Source: Marsupella aquatica (taxonomy: Eukaryota; Plantae; Marchantiophyta). Taken from it: a stretch of 64,000 nucleotides of DNA. Below the pieces are notes generated by a model. The model worked only from the letters and a program-made list of their open reading frames with translations, was not told where the DNA came from and did not search any database. Positions 48,020-59,174 of the stretch are shown here, piece after piece; within the stretch, counting starts at the first letter, position 1; each line of letters begins with the position of its first letter. The stretch covers positions 21,091,292 to 21,155,291 of the forward strand of contig OZ316898.1 of NCBI GenBank assembly GCA_973895155.1. The letters are read 5' to 3'. Both the position numbers and the translations under genes were made by a program.

Positions 48020-51000
48020 GTCTCATGGGATCCGTCCATTCCGCAATTGGAGGAAGTAAACCCCATCCCGAGACCAATCCCGGTCCCACCCATGTACGGA
48101 GGAGTTCGGTTAGCTCAGCTTGACGCGAGCCTGGACCCGAGTATGCAAAACCAGGTTGAAGTCATCAGGAAGGAGCACTACCGGAAGTACACTATTGGGA
48201 TGGACAAATCTTTTAACCTGGGCCACCCTCTGACGGGGAAAGCTGAAAAATCCATCCAAGCTTTGCTCAAGGAATATGAAGATGTGTTTGCATGGAGTCA
48301 TCATGATTTAACAGGCGTCTCCCCCGAGTTGGGAGAACACATGATCAATCTGAACCTAGGAGCCCATGCGGTACGACAGCGACAACGTCGCATGAATCCG
48401 AGGTACTCCATTTTAGTGAAGGAGGAAATTGATCGTCTCCTCGCCGCCGATATCATTTACCCGGTAATGGCCAGCGACTGGGTCTCTCCCATTGTCATTG
48501 TACCAAAGAAGGGGGGTACGGATGGAAAACCTAAGATTCGTATCTGTCAGGACTACCGTAAGCTGAATGACGCAACCCGAAAAGACCATTACCCATTACC
48601 ATTCACGGATATGGCTCTAGATATGGTGGCCCGAAATGAAATCTATACATTTCTTGATGGGTATTCAGGTTATAACCAAATCTGGATTCGTCTCGCGGAT
48701 CAGCTCAAAACAACTTTCACTACGGAGTGGGGGACGTTCGCATTTCGGAGGATGCCTTTTGGTCTGTGTAACGCCCCGGCCATGTTTCAGCGCCTTATGA
48801 TGAATATCTTCCACGATTTCCTACGGGAATTTTTGGAGATATTTATCGATGACTTTGCCATCTTCGGAACCGTTGCCATGCACCCCGAACACCTACGACG
48901 AACGTTGCAACGATGCCGAGATGTTAACCTCAAACTACATCCTGCCAAATGCTTCTTCGGGGTAGAGGAGGGGGTGTTACTCGGGCATCGTGTGTCCAAA
49001 CGGGGCATTGAGGTGGACCAAGAGAAAGTTGCGGCCTGGATGGCGGTGGTGTTCCCCTTGGATCAAAAAGCAGTACGATCCTTCTTGGGCTGCGTAGGGT
49101 ATTACCGCCGGTTCATTAAAGACTTTGCTAAAATTGCATTGCCCTTAACTGAGATGATGAAGAAGGACGCAGTGGTCGAGGAGACACCCCGAAGACGAAT
49201 TGCTTTTGAGGAACTCCGTAAACGACTCACCACCGCGCCTATCATGGTCACCCCAGACTGGAATAAGGAGTTCCACGTGTATGTCGATGTGTCAGGGTTC
49301 TGTATCGGATCCGTACTTAGTCAGCTAGATGAGGATGGACGTGATCATCCCATCTATTTCGCTAGCCGTCAACTATTTGCAGCCGAAAAGAATTATTCCC
49401 CCACTGATCGAGAAGCTTTGGGAATAATCTACTCGTGTAAAAAGTTCCGACACTATCTGCTAGGCTACAAGGTCATTTTCCACACGGATCATGATAGCCT
49501 AAAGTACATGGTCAACAAAGCGGATGTGACAGGACGGATAGCCCGGTGGGTGCTACTTCTCCAGAAATTTAATTACGAAGTTCGGGTTCGGCCAGGAAGG
49601 GTACACCTCAATGCCGATTTCTTTTCACGACTGGACGGCGTACCAGTCGATCAGCCAATTGATGATATTTTTCCGGATGAGGAGTTGTTCCACGTGGGGG
49701 AAGGGACACCAACGTGGTACGGCTCAATAATCACCTTCCTTTTAACGGGCCGCATCCCTGACGGCATCAATCAGGAGGCCGCCGCTGTGTTTTTACGGAA
49801 AGTCAGGCCTTACGTCATGATACAGGGTCACCTACATAAGGAAGGTATTAATGGAAAGTTACGACGCTGCTTAGAGTATAAGGAGACACTTATCGTGATA
49901 CGGGCCCTGCATGAAGAAGAAGCTGGAGGCCATTTTGCAGCAGTTACGACAGCCCGAAAGATTTTGGACTCGGGGTATTGGTGGCCTACGTTGCATCGGG
50001 ATGTACAGCGCTTCATTAAGGGCTGTGACTTGTGTCAGCGAGCGGGGGCCCCGAGGCGGGCTCATCATCACCCGCTCACATCTGTGCTTCCATTGGCACC
50101 ATTCGAAAAATGGGGAATTGATTATATCGGGCCGTTCACTCCCGTTACCCGAAGGCAAAGGTGCAGATACATCCTATTAGCTATTGATTACTCCACCAAA
50201 TGGGTCGAAGCGCGGGCTACGGTAAAGGACGATGCCGCAACCAGTGCCAGATTCTTATACGAACAGATTTTCACCCGATTCGGACCACCCTTGGAATTGG
50301 TAAGCGACGGTGGAACCCACTTCCTCAATGACACCATAGCCCAGCTTACGGAGCGTTACCTAGTCAAGCACCGCAAAACTACCCCGTATCATCCTAAAGC
50401 CAACGGGATGGCGGAGAGAGCAAATGGTATCATTGGGAAGATCCTCAACAAAACTGTAGCTGCGCACAAAACGGATTGGGATGATAAGTTGTACGCAGCG
50501 GTGTACTCATATAATCTAGCTTACAAAACTACTACGAGTCATAGCCCGTACTTTCTTGTGTTCGGCCAACATTCGTTGGTGCCCGTCGAATTTGAGGTGC
50601 ACACTCCACGGGTCAGCATTCGGGATCGCTTACCTGAATCTGAAAGTCTGTCAGACCGAGCTTATCAGATTGAAGCCTTGGAAGAAGCACGGCTACTGGC
50701 AGCTCAACACACCGTGAAGAAACAGGCAACTTCGAAGAAGCAGCACGACAAAGGACTACGGAGGGTCGACGTCGTGGCAGGCGATCTAGTCCTTCTGTAC
50801 GATAGTAGGTACATGCAGTTTCCAGGGAAGCTGCATACCCGGTGGTTGGGGCCCTTCCTTGTCAATCAGATCTACCGAAACGGATCTTTGGAGCTTGCGA
50901 CGTATGCTGGCGATTTACTCCCCACGCGAATCAGCTACGATCGTGTAAAAAAGTACCATCATCAAGATGACGACGCCAATAGCGATGTTCGCGAGGGCGC

Positions 51001-51055
51001 TTCACAATTAAGCAAGGAGCTATGTGACGCCGCCGGTACGGCGGTTAATGAGTGA
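48020..51055 (+). CDS. pol: Pol: reverse transcriptase, RNase H, integrase (in frame with gag-PR across one TGA)
   Basis: RICQDYRKLN, MPFGLCNAP, IFIDDF (RT); VYVDVS, NYSPTDREALGI (RH); H-x6-H...CDLC, WGIDYIGP, VSDGGTHF, NGMAERAN (INT); LLYDSR...FPGKLHTRWLGPF (Athila-like GPY/F). Confidence 0.97.
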   Translation, partial: VSWDPSIPQLEEVNPIPRPIPVPPMYGGVRLAQLDASLDPSMQNQVEVIRKEHYRKYTIGMDKSFNLGHPLTGKAEKSIQALLKEYEDVFAWSHHDLTGVSPELGEHMINLNLGAHAVRQRQRRMNPRYSILVKEEIDRLLAADIIYPVMASDWVSPIVIVPKKGGTDGKPKIRICQDYRKLNDATRKDHYPLPFTDMALDMVARNEIYTFLDGYSGYNQIWIRLADQLKTTFTTEWGTFAFRRMPFGLCNAPAMFQRLMMNIFHDFLREFLEIFIDDFAIFGTVAMHPEHLRRTLQRCRDVNLKLHPAKCFFGVEEGVLLGHRVSKRGIEVDQEKVAAWMAVVFPLDQKAVRSFLGCVGYYRRFIKDFAKIALPLTEMMKKDAVVEETPRRRIAFEELRKRLTTAPIMVTPDWNKEFHVYVDVSGFCIGSVLSQLDEDGRDHPIYFASRQLFAAEKNYSPTDREALGIIYSCKKFRHYLLGYKVIFHTDHDSLKYMVNKADVTGRIARWVLLLQKFNYEVRVRPGRVHLNADFFSRLDGVPVDQPIDDIFPDEELFHVGEGTPTWYGSIITFLLTGRIPDGINQEAAAVFLRKVRPYVMIQGHLHKEGINGKLRRCLEYKETLIVIRALHEEEAGGHFAAVTTARKILDSGYWWPTLHRDVQRFIKGCDLCQRAGAPRRAHHHPLTSVLPLAPFEKWGIDYIGPFTPVTRRQRCRYILLAIDYSTKWVEARATVKDDAATSARFLYEQIFTRFGPPLELVSDGGTHFLNDTIAQLTERYLVKHRKTTPYHPKANGMAERANGIIGKILNKTVAAHKTDWDDKLYAAVYSYNLAYKTTTSHSPYFLVFGQHSLVPVEFEVHTPRVSIRDRLPESESLSDRAYQIEALEEARLLAAQHTVKKQATSKKQHDKGLRRVDVVAGDLVLLYDSRYMQFPGKLHTRWLGPFLVNQIYRNGSLELATYAGDLLPTRISYDRVKKYHHQDDDANSDVREGASQLSKELCDAAGTAVNE

Positions 51056-53185
51056 TTCAGTCTAACTGCGCTCGGCACGCGCGTTAAGTGGGTCTTAGGC
51101 CGCTATTATTAGCATAACGACAGTATTTAGGTAATCATTAGGGGTAGGACATCATTAGGCAATAAGGGGGACTTCAGGTTTGGGCTGGCGGCGGGTCGCT
51201 ATTCGCACACCCGGGTTACGAGCATGGAAGGGCCCCTCCCTCGGGTCCGTATAACGAACTTAAGGAAGCGGCCACTGACGCACGCTGACTCAGACTGGCG
51301 GAGTGGCCGGTACACCACAAGCGTGAGCGGTTCAGCCTATGGGCGTCGAGGAGACGTCGGGGATCGACAAGCCCTCAAAGTATAAAAGGGGAGCCAACCC
51401 TTTGTAGTGCACCAGTCCATCAGTCCGCGCGCCAGCTTTGACCCCAGCTCTCTCGTTCTCTCTAGGTCGCCACTACTATCTCCTCTGAATGTCGCACACG
51501 ATCCTCTCCAGCTCGGCCATTCGATTCTGGACGCAGTTCCTATCTACCGGAAGGCACTTGGCCGATTCATTGAAACACGCCAACCCGCGCCGATACAAAA
51601 TCGAATGCGAATACGAGAGAGCCATCCGCCTAGCAGGACGACACCACTACGTCCTTAACTTTGAGTTCATGGCCCGGAAGGTAGCCTGTTTCTTCAATCA
51701 GGAGTTGGTTGCCGCAGTAAAGGCAGGTCGGGCCCAGTCGGAGGCCCTTCAGAGGATAGAGCGGTACCGGGTGGAGTCCGTGTACCTAAAGAACGAAGTG
51801 GCGGCTCAAGAGGCTGAGCTTCTGCAACTATGACCCAAGGTTGCAGCCGCCGATGAGTTGTTAGCAAAGGCGCACGCTCTTACCGCCCTAGCCGAACAGG
51901 CCAAAGCTGGGAACGAGGCCGAGATTACACGACTCCGGAACCAGATTGACAGTTTGAAGAAACAAGCTGTCACCTGGCAGAAAGACCTGGAGGAGGCCGA
52001 GGAGCGAGTCCAGCGGGACACGGCGGAGATAGCCACGCTGCAGGCCGAGATAGCGCGACTCCAAACCGAGGCCGAGAAGCAGGATCAGCTGGCGGCTAAA
52101 CTGACGAGCGACGCCCAGCAGCTGGAGGAGGCATGTCAGGAGGCAGTAGAGGAGACGGACGCGGCGAGGCGAGAGAACGAATCTCTGTTGGACCAGGTCC
52201 AGCTCCTCAAAGCGGACAATGACAGGCTTCGAAGGCAGCGGGATGGCCGTTCCCATTCGGGCGGCTCTGGCAAGCGTGCCAGGCATTAGCGGCGGAGTAG
52301 GAATAGATTAGGATTAGGATTGGCTTAGTCAGGCTCTTGGGACAGGCACCTGCCTTAGGTACAGCAGCGCTGCCCTACTATCCAGCCTGCGTAGATTAAG
52401 ATCTTCTAATAAGACACAGCCATTTTCCGGCCTGACTGTCAGCTTAGTTAGAACCTTAGTCAACAAATCTTTGGCGAGAGGACACCCCGTCCCTCGGCTC
52501 TTAGTATTTAGTGCACCCCTCGGTAGAGGCAGGGGGGTTTTTAGTTTCAGAGTCGGACATCCGTGGGATATGCGGGGAGTCCCGACCTCTGGGAATGAAA
52601 GAGTACCAAGGGGAGGGGGTAGGACTAAGCTCGTCGGGCGAGTGCGGAGCCGGGCTCCATTGTAGTGTGCACCCTCGGCCTTGAACCTGTTCATTCCAGG
52701 GCTGTCGGGTCAACTAAGTGTACGCATATGTTCCCTTTGTAGTAAAATCCTTTCCCATCATTTTCCTTCGTGTAAATCAAGATTGTATGCATGTGTGCGC
52801 ATATGTGTGTGGGTTTCTCGTATATGGGTGGCAGCGCCAGGCCGAACGCACTACCCGAGACGTGCACAGGGTGCAGCCTGCGGGTAAGTGGTTGCGAGCA
52901 CGGGTTGGGGACCTGTATCATCGAATCCGAATCGAAGGCGGACAGCACGAAGGCTTAGAAGCCCTTAAGCCGGGGTCGATCCTCCTATCGACTAAGGTAC
53001 GTTCCGGCGGCGGAACACAAACCATACCTAGGAGGTGTCCGTATTTAGCAGTAGGCGCACTTAGCGCTAGTTTACGAGAATAAGGTGCATTACGTGCTTC
53101 CCTTCCTGCCCGAACCCTCAGATTTACGAGGGATGTGCCCGTCTACGCTGAAGTCTGAGTTAAGGCCGAAGCCTACGACGTGACA
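51023..53185 (+). repeat. 3' LTR of family B, 2163 bp, with ~1854-bp internal deletion
   Basis: Junction AACTTTGA|GTTCATGG near 51664 joins 5'-LTR positions 36900 and 43419 across a GA microhomology. Confidence 0.95.
51489..52289 (+). pseudogene. Deleted copy of the LTR accessory gene (half of domain X fused in frame to the coiled coil, internal TGA)
   Basis: MSHTILSS...YVLNF|EFMARKVAC...; TGA at 51831-51833 where the 5' LTR has CAA. Confidence 0.9.
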
Positions 53186-54419
53186 CGCGCATTATCATTA
53201 TCGTCATGATTCGCAGCCCATTTCCATTGGAACCTACATTGAGATTCGAGGGAAAATTCGTGTGCATTGCTTGTGGCTTATGGGTGTTGCTCAGGGATCC
53301 AAGGAGTGATACCAGGTCAAGTAGACACCCCAGGGTTGAGTATGGAGAGATCGGAGTGCTGTTGGAATCCAAGAGAGAGAGATTTGAGGATTGAGATGAG
53401 TGCCCAGGATTTAGGGTCAAGAATTAGAGAGTTACTAGAGACCGGGAAGGAGCTACTGGGGGTAACAATTGAAGGTAGGAGGAGGTACCTATGGAGGCCA
53501 CAAGCGAATTCAGTTTGAGGAGTGGTACTTGGAGGTTTGTGGGAACTTACCTAGATAGTAAATAGGAGAATTAGAGTAGATGAGCACAAGTCTTCTTCTA
53601 TAGGTATTTCTTCATTGGGCATTACACTAGTAAGATTCTTCTAGAGGTATGTCTCAGTGTAGGGCATTTCTCAGTCGCCTCAACTACACAATGTTTGATC
53701 CAGCTTTGAAACTCATAGTAATATCTACAGGATCGACTGTTTCCAGCAAAGGAATAGAAGACCGGATTGGGGTTGGACTCAACCTCTTAATGTACCGGTT
53801 CGTTGAGGGTTGAGGGTTTAGGGTTTATGAGCACAGTGCACTTATGTTCCATCCGCACCTCAGTGCCGTGTGGTTACGGAGGTTTAGGATTTAGGGTGAG
53901 CTCGGACATGGACGACTCGAGCCCCCGGGGGACCCGACGACTTCATATGGGACCAATTTCCCATCCCGCCCAGTGATGGCTACACCCACCACTACCGTCC
54001 TCGACCTACAAGAGATGGCCGTACCCACATTGATGGGACCATCAATGGCCCAGCCTGCTGAGGTGGAGTTTGTAACCTCCGAGCCTGTGACGGCATCATG
54101 GGGGAAGAGCCGGAAGCAGAAGGCAGTAGCATTTCCTAGCCATCGTCCGATGGCGTCGAGTTTGGCGGCTGTCCGTCTATCATCCCGGTTTATTGCCAGG
54201 CTGAAGGAAATTATGGGATCCGGACCGCTGAGAGGAATCTGTTCGAGTCCGACAGCAAGTCATCCGACGATCGAACGCAAGATTATGGGTTTAAAGTTTA
54301 GGGTTTATTTAGGGTAGGTTTAGGATAGGCAAACTTTAGACGTTGGAGTAGGTGTCTCCAAGACGCCAGTCATGAGGCTTAGCACTGTACTTGGTTCAAT
54401 CGTCTCATAAGAAGCACAT

Positions 54420-55106
54420 GTTGTCGTTTTCATGTTCTGTCCGGTTCGCTCTACACGACTGTCGTGTGAGTGGCTGGCTTTGGACGTGTATCCACCGGGG
54501 TTCTTCCTGGCACATTTTTTACTTTCCGGACGGACCCGATGTGATTCACACAGCGTACACTGAATGAAAGCAGTGAGCGATCATTTCATTCCATCTCTTT
54601 GTAACGGCACACAATCACAGGTTATGGGCCGGTTGAATGCTTATCCTTGGGTTTATGGCATGCACAATGGGCTCGGGAGTTTCGTCTTGGGAGTTTAGGT
54701 GTTTAGGGTTTAGTATTTGACGAAACAATTAGCCCAAATGATGACATAAATCATGAACAGCCTTCATCACATCACCACCAATGCAATGTACCCCAAAGAA
54801 ACTAAGCTTTGTCATCCGGACTATCACATTGGTATCCGATTTTTAGAACACATGGATCCAAATGTATATCTTCCCGTAATGTTAGAAGGCACCATGTTGG
54901 AAAGTGTGACGCACAACTGTGGCTTTATTGTGACAGGAAATTCAACTAGTAGGTTGTTGTTTTGTCCTGTTATTGATGTTCTGTCCTTCAGTCAGGGACA
55001 TCCGGTTTGCTCTACAATACTGTTGTGTGAGTGGCTGCACTTCGGGATGGTGGTTTTTACTTTCCGGAACGGAACAGAACAGAACAGAACTGATGTGATT
55101 CATACA
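54420..55106. repeat. Diverged ~140-bp direct repeat pair
   Basis: ATGTTCTGTCC...GCTCTACA...TGTGAGTGGCTG...TTTTTACTTTCCGGA...GATGTGATTCA at ~54430-54550 and ~54975-55105. Confidence 0.7.
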
Positions 55107-56332
55107 CCCCGAAACCGGAATGCCCGATCTTTGTGGTGGTTTTGCCACCAGTGACCGAAAAAGACTGTCCCACCATGAAAATACAAACGAACCACATTAA
55201 AAAGTAAATCGATCTCCGCCATTCCTGAAATGTGACGGCATCACGAGCCTGGATAGCACTGGGGCCTTCTTCCTTAACCCCCCTCACATCAACTCCGCCC
55301 ACTCTGCCTTCAACCTCGCCGTTGCACGACTATCACGTAGAGCTGCAGCAGCATCTGTTAAGCAAGGATATGTGTTGTTGGGGAGGTATTTTGATCAGCT
55401 AGGGGCTCTACCCGACAGTCGTGCAGAATTTTTGTTGTGTAGGCAGCATGATTATGTAGTACAATATCATCATCGGAATTGAGCTACTGGCCTGTGGTAG
55501 GTCAATGAATCGGGACATCAAACGAAATTGGCCAGGCTTTGGTTAGGGCGGATGAGAGCATGTATTCAGGGTTTTGGGGTGAGCGAATGAAGCACGGGTG
55601 CGTTTGGCCTTGTACCTTCTGTCGTCATCCGCAAGTACCTCTCTGGATGCAGATTATGACCATGGGTTGACGTTCGAGGAAAAGAGTTGAAGGATGTCGG
55701 ATTTTGCAGTTCAGATGCGACGTCGATAGGATGGGGGGTGGTGTCAAGCTTTTTAGGCCGATAAACTGGCTCATCCCATACAGGCCCAGCATTATTGTTC
55801 AAAATGGATGAATTAACTTGACATTGTCAAACTGAATATTGTGAAACCAAATACCGAATGGGTTTAGGGTTTGGGGTCTGGAAGGAGACAAGAAGGCTTG
55901 CTTGAATTAAACAAAAAACAAAAAGAAATGTATATATAGGTAGATTGCAATTCAATCTTTATATTGCATAACTAAGCCGATAGATAGGCGAACTCCTGGT
56001 AAGGGAAGATAGTGCCATGCCACCTACCTAGAAACCCACACTTGCCTGCTCGAGTGATCTCTCCTGACCAGACTGAGTTGGTGCACACGACCGGCCAAAG
56101 CCCAATCCAATCCTAACAAACATCCTATATTGTGATGCTGCAAAGGTTGTTTTATGGAGCATTCCAGACACGAAGCTGTGTGCTCTACCTCACCGCCTCG
56201 GAGATATATAGAGGCAAACGACGCATCACTCGTGCAATCGGAGCTCACTTCTTGTGTGTAATTGACGGCAACAAAGCAGCTCTGAAATCATGTACAAGCC
56301 ATATATCCCCTGTCCAGTATGGCCATAGCCAG

Positions 56333-58544
56333 TCAATCGTCGCGAGATGACTTCTCCAAATTCCGCCACTTGTCTTTGAGATCGACCTGTGCCACAAGCC
56401 ACAAGAGTAAATCGATGGGTCGTATTTGCATTCCGTGGATTGAAACGTGGTATTGCGAATTAATATGACCAAAGCTTACCTCTGTTCGACCTTTCAAAAT
56501 ATCCAAGCTTGCTTTACGGATGATATTCCACTTGCCTTTCCCAAACCTGTTGTTAGAAATTCAATGAGAATGAATGTTCCTTGACAAACACATGATTAGC
56601 CCATAGTAGGTAATACATCTTGGCCGCAAGAATACACGAATAGTCTGTAACTCACTGTGTGATGAAAAGCACAAACAGGATAATCAATATGAGTGGAATG
56701 CGGAGCATCGGTGCAGGATGTCTCCATACTCACCTGTTTACTCCACTTCTGAGGCACTATTCCTCTTCCTCGGTCCACCTTCTATTTTGTCTGCGTTCAT
56801 GTTTCGTCGTGTTGCAGTTCGATTTGCCGGCTGGGTCAACGAATTGGGCTGGCTGCATTGTGGCTGTTTCAGGGTCGGCGAGTCGGACGGACTTGTGTTT
56901 TCGGGTGTCCTGTGTGGAAGCTGGAGGTGGACTGCTCGGGGCGGATGCATTGAAAATCCGTTTTCTCTGCAAATTTAGGGCGGACATGATGCGCATATCA
57001 GGTTTCATGTCTTCTTTGCCTGCGCTGTTGTGCGAGGTGGTGGGAGGAGTTCTGGCCTGCACGTCACAATTGAAACAATTCGGTTCTAGTACAGAATGGA
57101 ACACTTGTCTCCCGTCACCACACACCTATGCCGACCAGCATATTTCATCATTCTGGCTAGGGCGATTGTGAATTGAAGAATGAAAAATAGAGTGTACGAC
57201 AAGGGAAACATTTAGGGTCCTTTCACTGGTGATTTTGTAGTAGTTTAAGTACGTAGGAGTGAATTGACCGTTTTGTATAGTACGTACTAACGCGTACTCG
57301 ATGGTCCGGACAGATGAACAGGAAATAATGATATGGCTAGTAAGATCCTATTGTTACTTTACCTCTAGAAGAAGTTTGACTTCATGGAGTTGGCTCTCAA
57401 GGAGATCAAACTTGTGGTTGAAACTCGTTGCCATCCTGTTATTCTCGTCCGCCCGTAGCAGGTTCTCTTTTTCCAAGGCTCCTACGAGGAGTGAGCATGG
57501 ACAACATGTGTCCGCTCCGGGTAAAGCAACAGCAGGTGTGGCAATCCGGGGGAGGATCGCATTGTTCACATCATCTTCCACTCCACCACCGTCGCTGCCA
57601 GTGTCTGGCGGTGTTTGACTCCGGATTCCGTGCGGGGTCACCACCAAAAAACCAATCGAGTACTGTGGAGACTGGCACCGTTCACCTGCATCCCCACCTT
57701 GCACAGCACCCAGCTCCCCGTCCAGACCCGCATCATTCACAGTGGCCGCCTCTTCCGCTATGTCTTGCTCCAACTCCTTCACAGCCGGATCTATCGGGGG
57801 GTTTAGGGTGATCTGTACCCTTTCATCGTCGCATGAAGCATCTCGAGCCGGGGATGACGAAGACATGACGCAAGGGGTGTGCCCACTTAGCATGACTTGA
57901 AGATGCGGCGAGAAATGGCAAGTGTAGGATGACATCTTACCGTCCACGAATTGCTTATGAGCTAAGCCGAGTGATTCACGGAGCTTGCCGCCAAAAGTTT
58001 CGCCCCAATCATGTCTGGCCGACTGTTCCACCTGCTTTATGTGGCAAGAATACGCCTCGCCCTTTGCTGGCCGAATATGAATAGCTGCGAATTGGAATGC
58101 CAACCTTTCTCGGACGACAGCGTGCTTGCAATCTGTCAACTTGTAAGAACCATTTGTGGCCCTTCTAGCCTTGAACGTCGTGGGAGTGTAATTAGTCACT
58201 TTAGCGTCTAACGGCGGCCCCCCCCCCTCCAGTCGGAAAGTCTTCCGAATATTTTCCATGCTCAAATCGATTGGGTGACCTCTGACAGAGGTCTTTGATT
58301 TTTCGTGGTCATAGTTCTGTATGAACTGTATCATATCCGAGTCCGGATAACTTTTCGTATCCCAGCAAACCTCCACCACAAAGTTGGCAAGTCCGGTCTG
58401 CTGGAGATATTCCGCGTGTTGCGGCTCGCGGATCTTGTGCACCCGATCCTGTAAGGCCCAATTGAAGGATGGCCCCCTCCCCCCCACCTTCGATTTTCGA
58501 GACATCTCATGCTGTTTTCCGAAGGTCACCTTCTCGAGAACCAT
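56333..58544 (-). pseudogene. Spliced gene: PMD-like domain + short coiled coil + C-terminal telobox Myb domain (member E); one premature TAG
   Basis: Exons 58544-57363, ~57125-56734, 56546-56480, 56386-56333 with GT-AG introns. The last three give RRWTEEEE*CLRSGVNR|FGKGKWNIIRKASLDILKGRTE|VDLKDKWRNLEKSSRDD*; VDLKDKWRN is the telobox signature. Acceptor of exon 2 is uncertain. Confidence 0.8.
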
Positions 58545-58576
58545 ATCCTGCCTATATATCAAGTGACCAGAGTGTC

Positions 58577-58627
58577 AAGGAACACTAAGAGTACTAAGGA
58601 ACACTATGAGTACTAAGGAACACTAAG
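58577..58627. repeat. 19-bp tandem repeat (~2.7 units) upstream of gene E
   Basis: AAGGAACACTA(A/T)GAGTACT repeated. Confidence 0.85.
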
Positions 58628-59174
58628 ACGATCAGCTAGCAAGGCAGGGATCACGGAAAGACTTGCTGACAATCCTCGCTTCGGTTGTGATTGGGTTCGG
58701 TCCTCCCTGCCTGAGAAAATGGAGGGATTGCAAAAGTCACGCACGGGGGCTCGATCGGTTTGTTTGAAGGATGAGAATCCTCAGTCTTTTGATTTTGCAG
58801 GACAGGCAGACTCGGACTGGCGCATGGAGTCGGGATAATTTTTGGGCGGCTTGGATGCGAGTTTATGGTTTAGGGCGGGAAACGGCAGTTCATAATTCAC
58901 AAAATTGTACTCTCGAAATATATTCCCCGTAGTTCTGTCGAACTTGGGGAGTATTATTGTGTAGGAGTGGGGCTGGAGGAGTGCGGTCATTTGACGACTC
59001 GCGCTACAAGTGACTAGAAAGTGAATACATCCTCAGTGGTGGCGGCGGCCGCCGAGAAGGTTTTTCTATTTACCACGATTGACAATATCAATGCATCATC
59101 ATGAATCCTCCCTGGGTAAGATTCTCGTCATTCAAAATTTAGTGGATCTGTGACAAACCTAACAGCAATAATTC

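Larger units (their letters stand above)
36259..53185 (+). mobile_element. Full-length Ty3/Gypsy LTR retrotransposon, non-chromovirus (Athila-like), family B
   Basis: LTRs TGTGACGCC...CGTGACA at 36259-44938 and 51023-53185; TSD CGCGC at 36254-36258 and 53186-53190; PBS; gag-PR-RT-RH-INT order; no chromodomain or second RNase H seen. Confidence 0.97.

Noticed and set aside
51655-51675. In-frame deletions as retro-copied splicing events
   Set aside because: Neither the family-B nor the family-A deletion has GT...AG boundaries.
53973-54317. ORF loosely resembling the family-B linker (WGKSRKQK vs RGKKRKE)
   Set aside because: Similarity limited to low-complexity basic residues.
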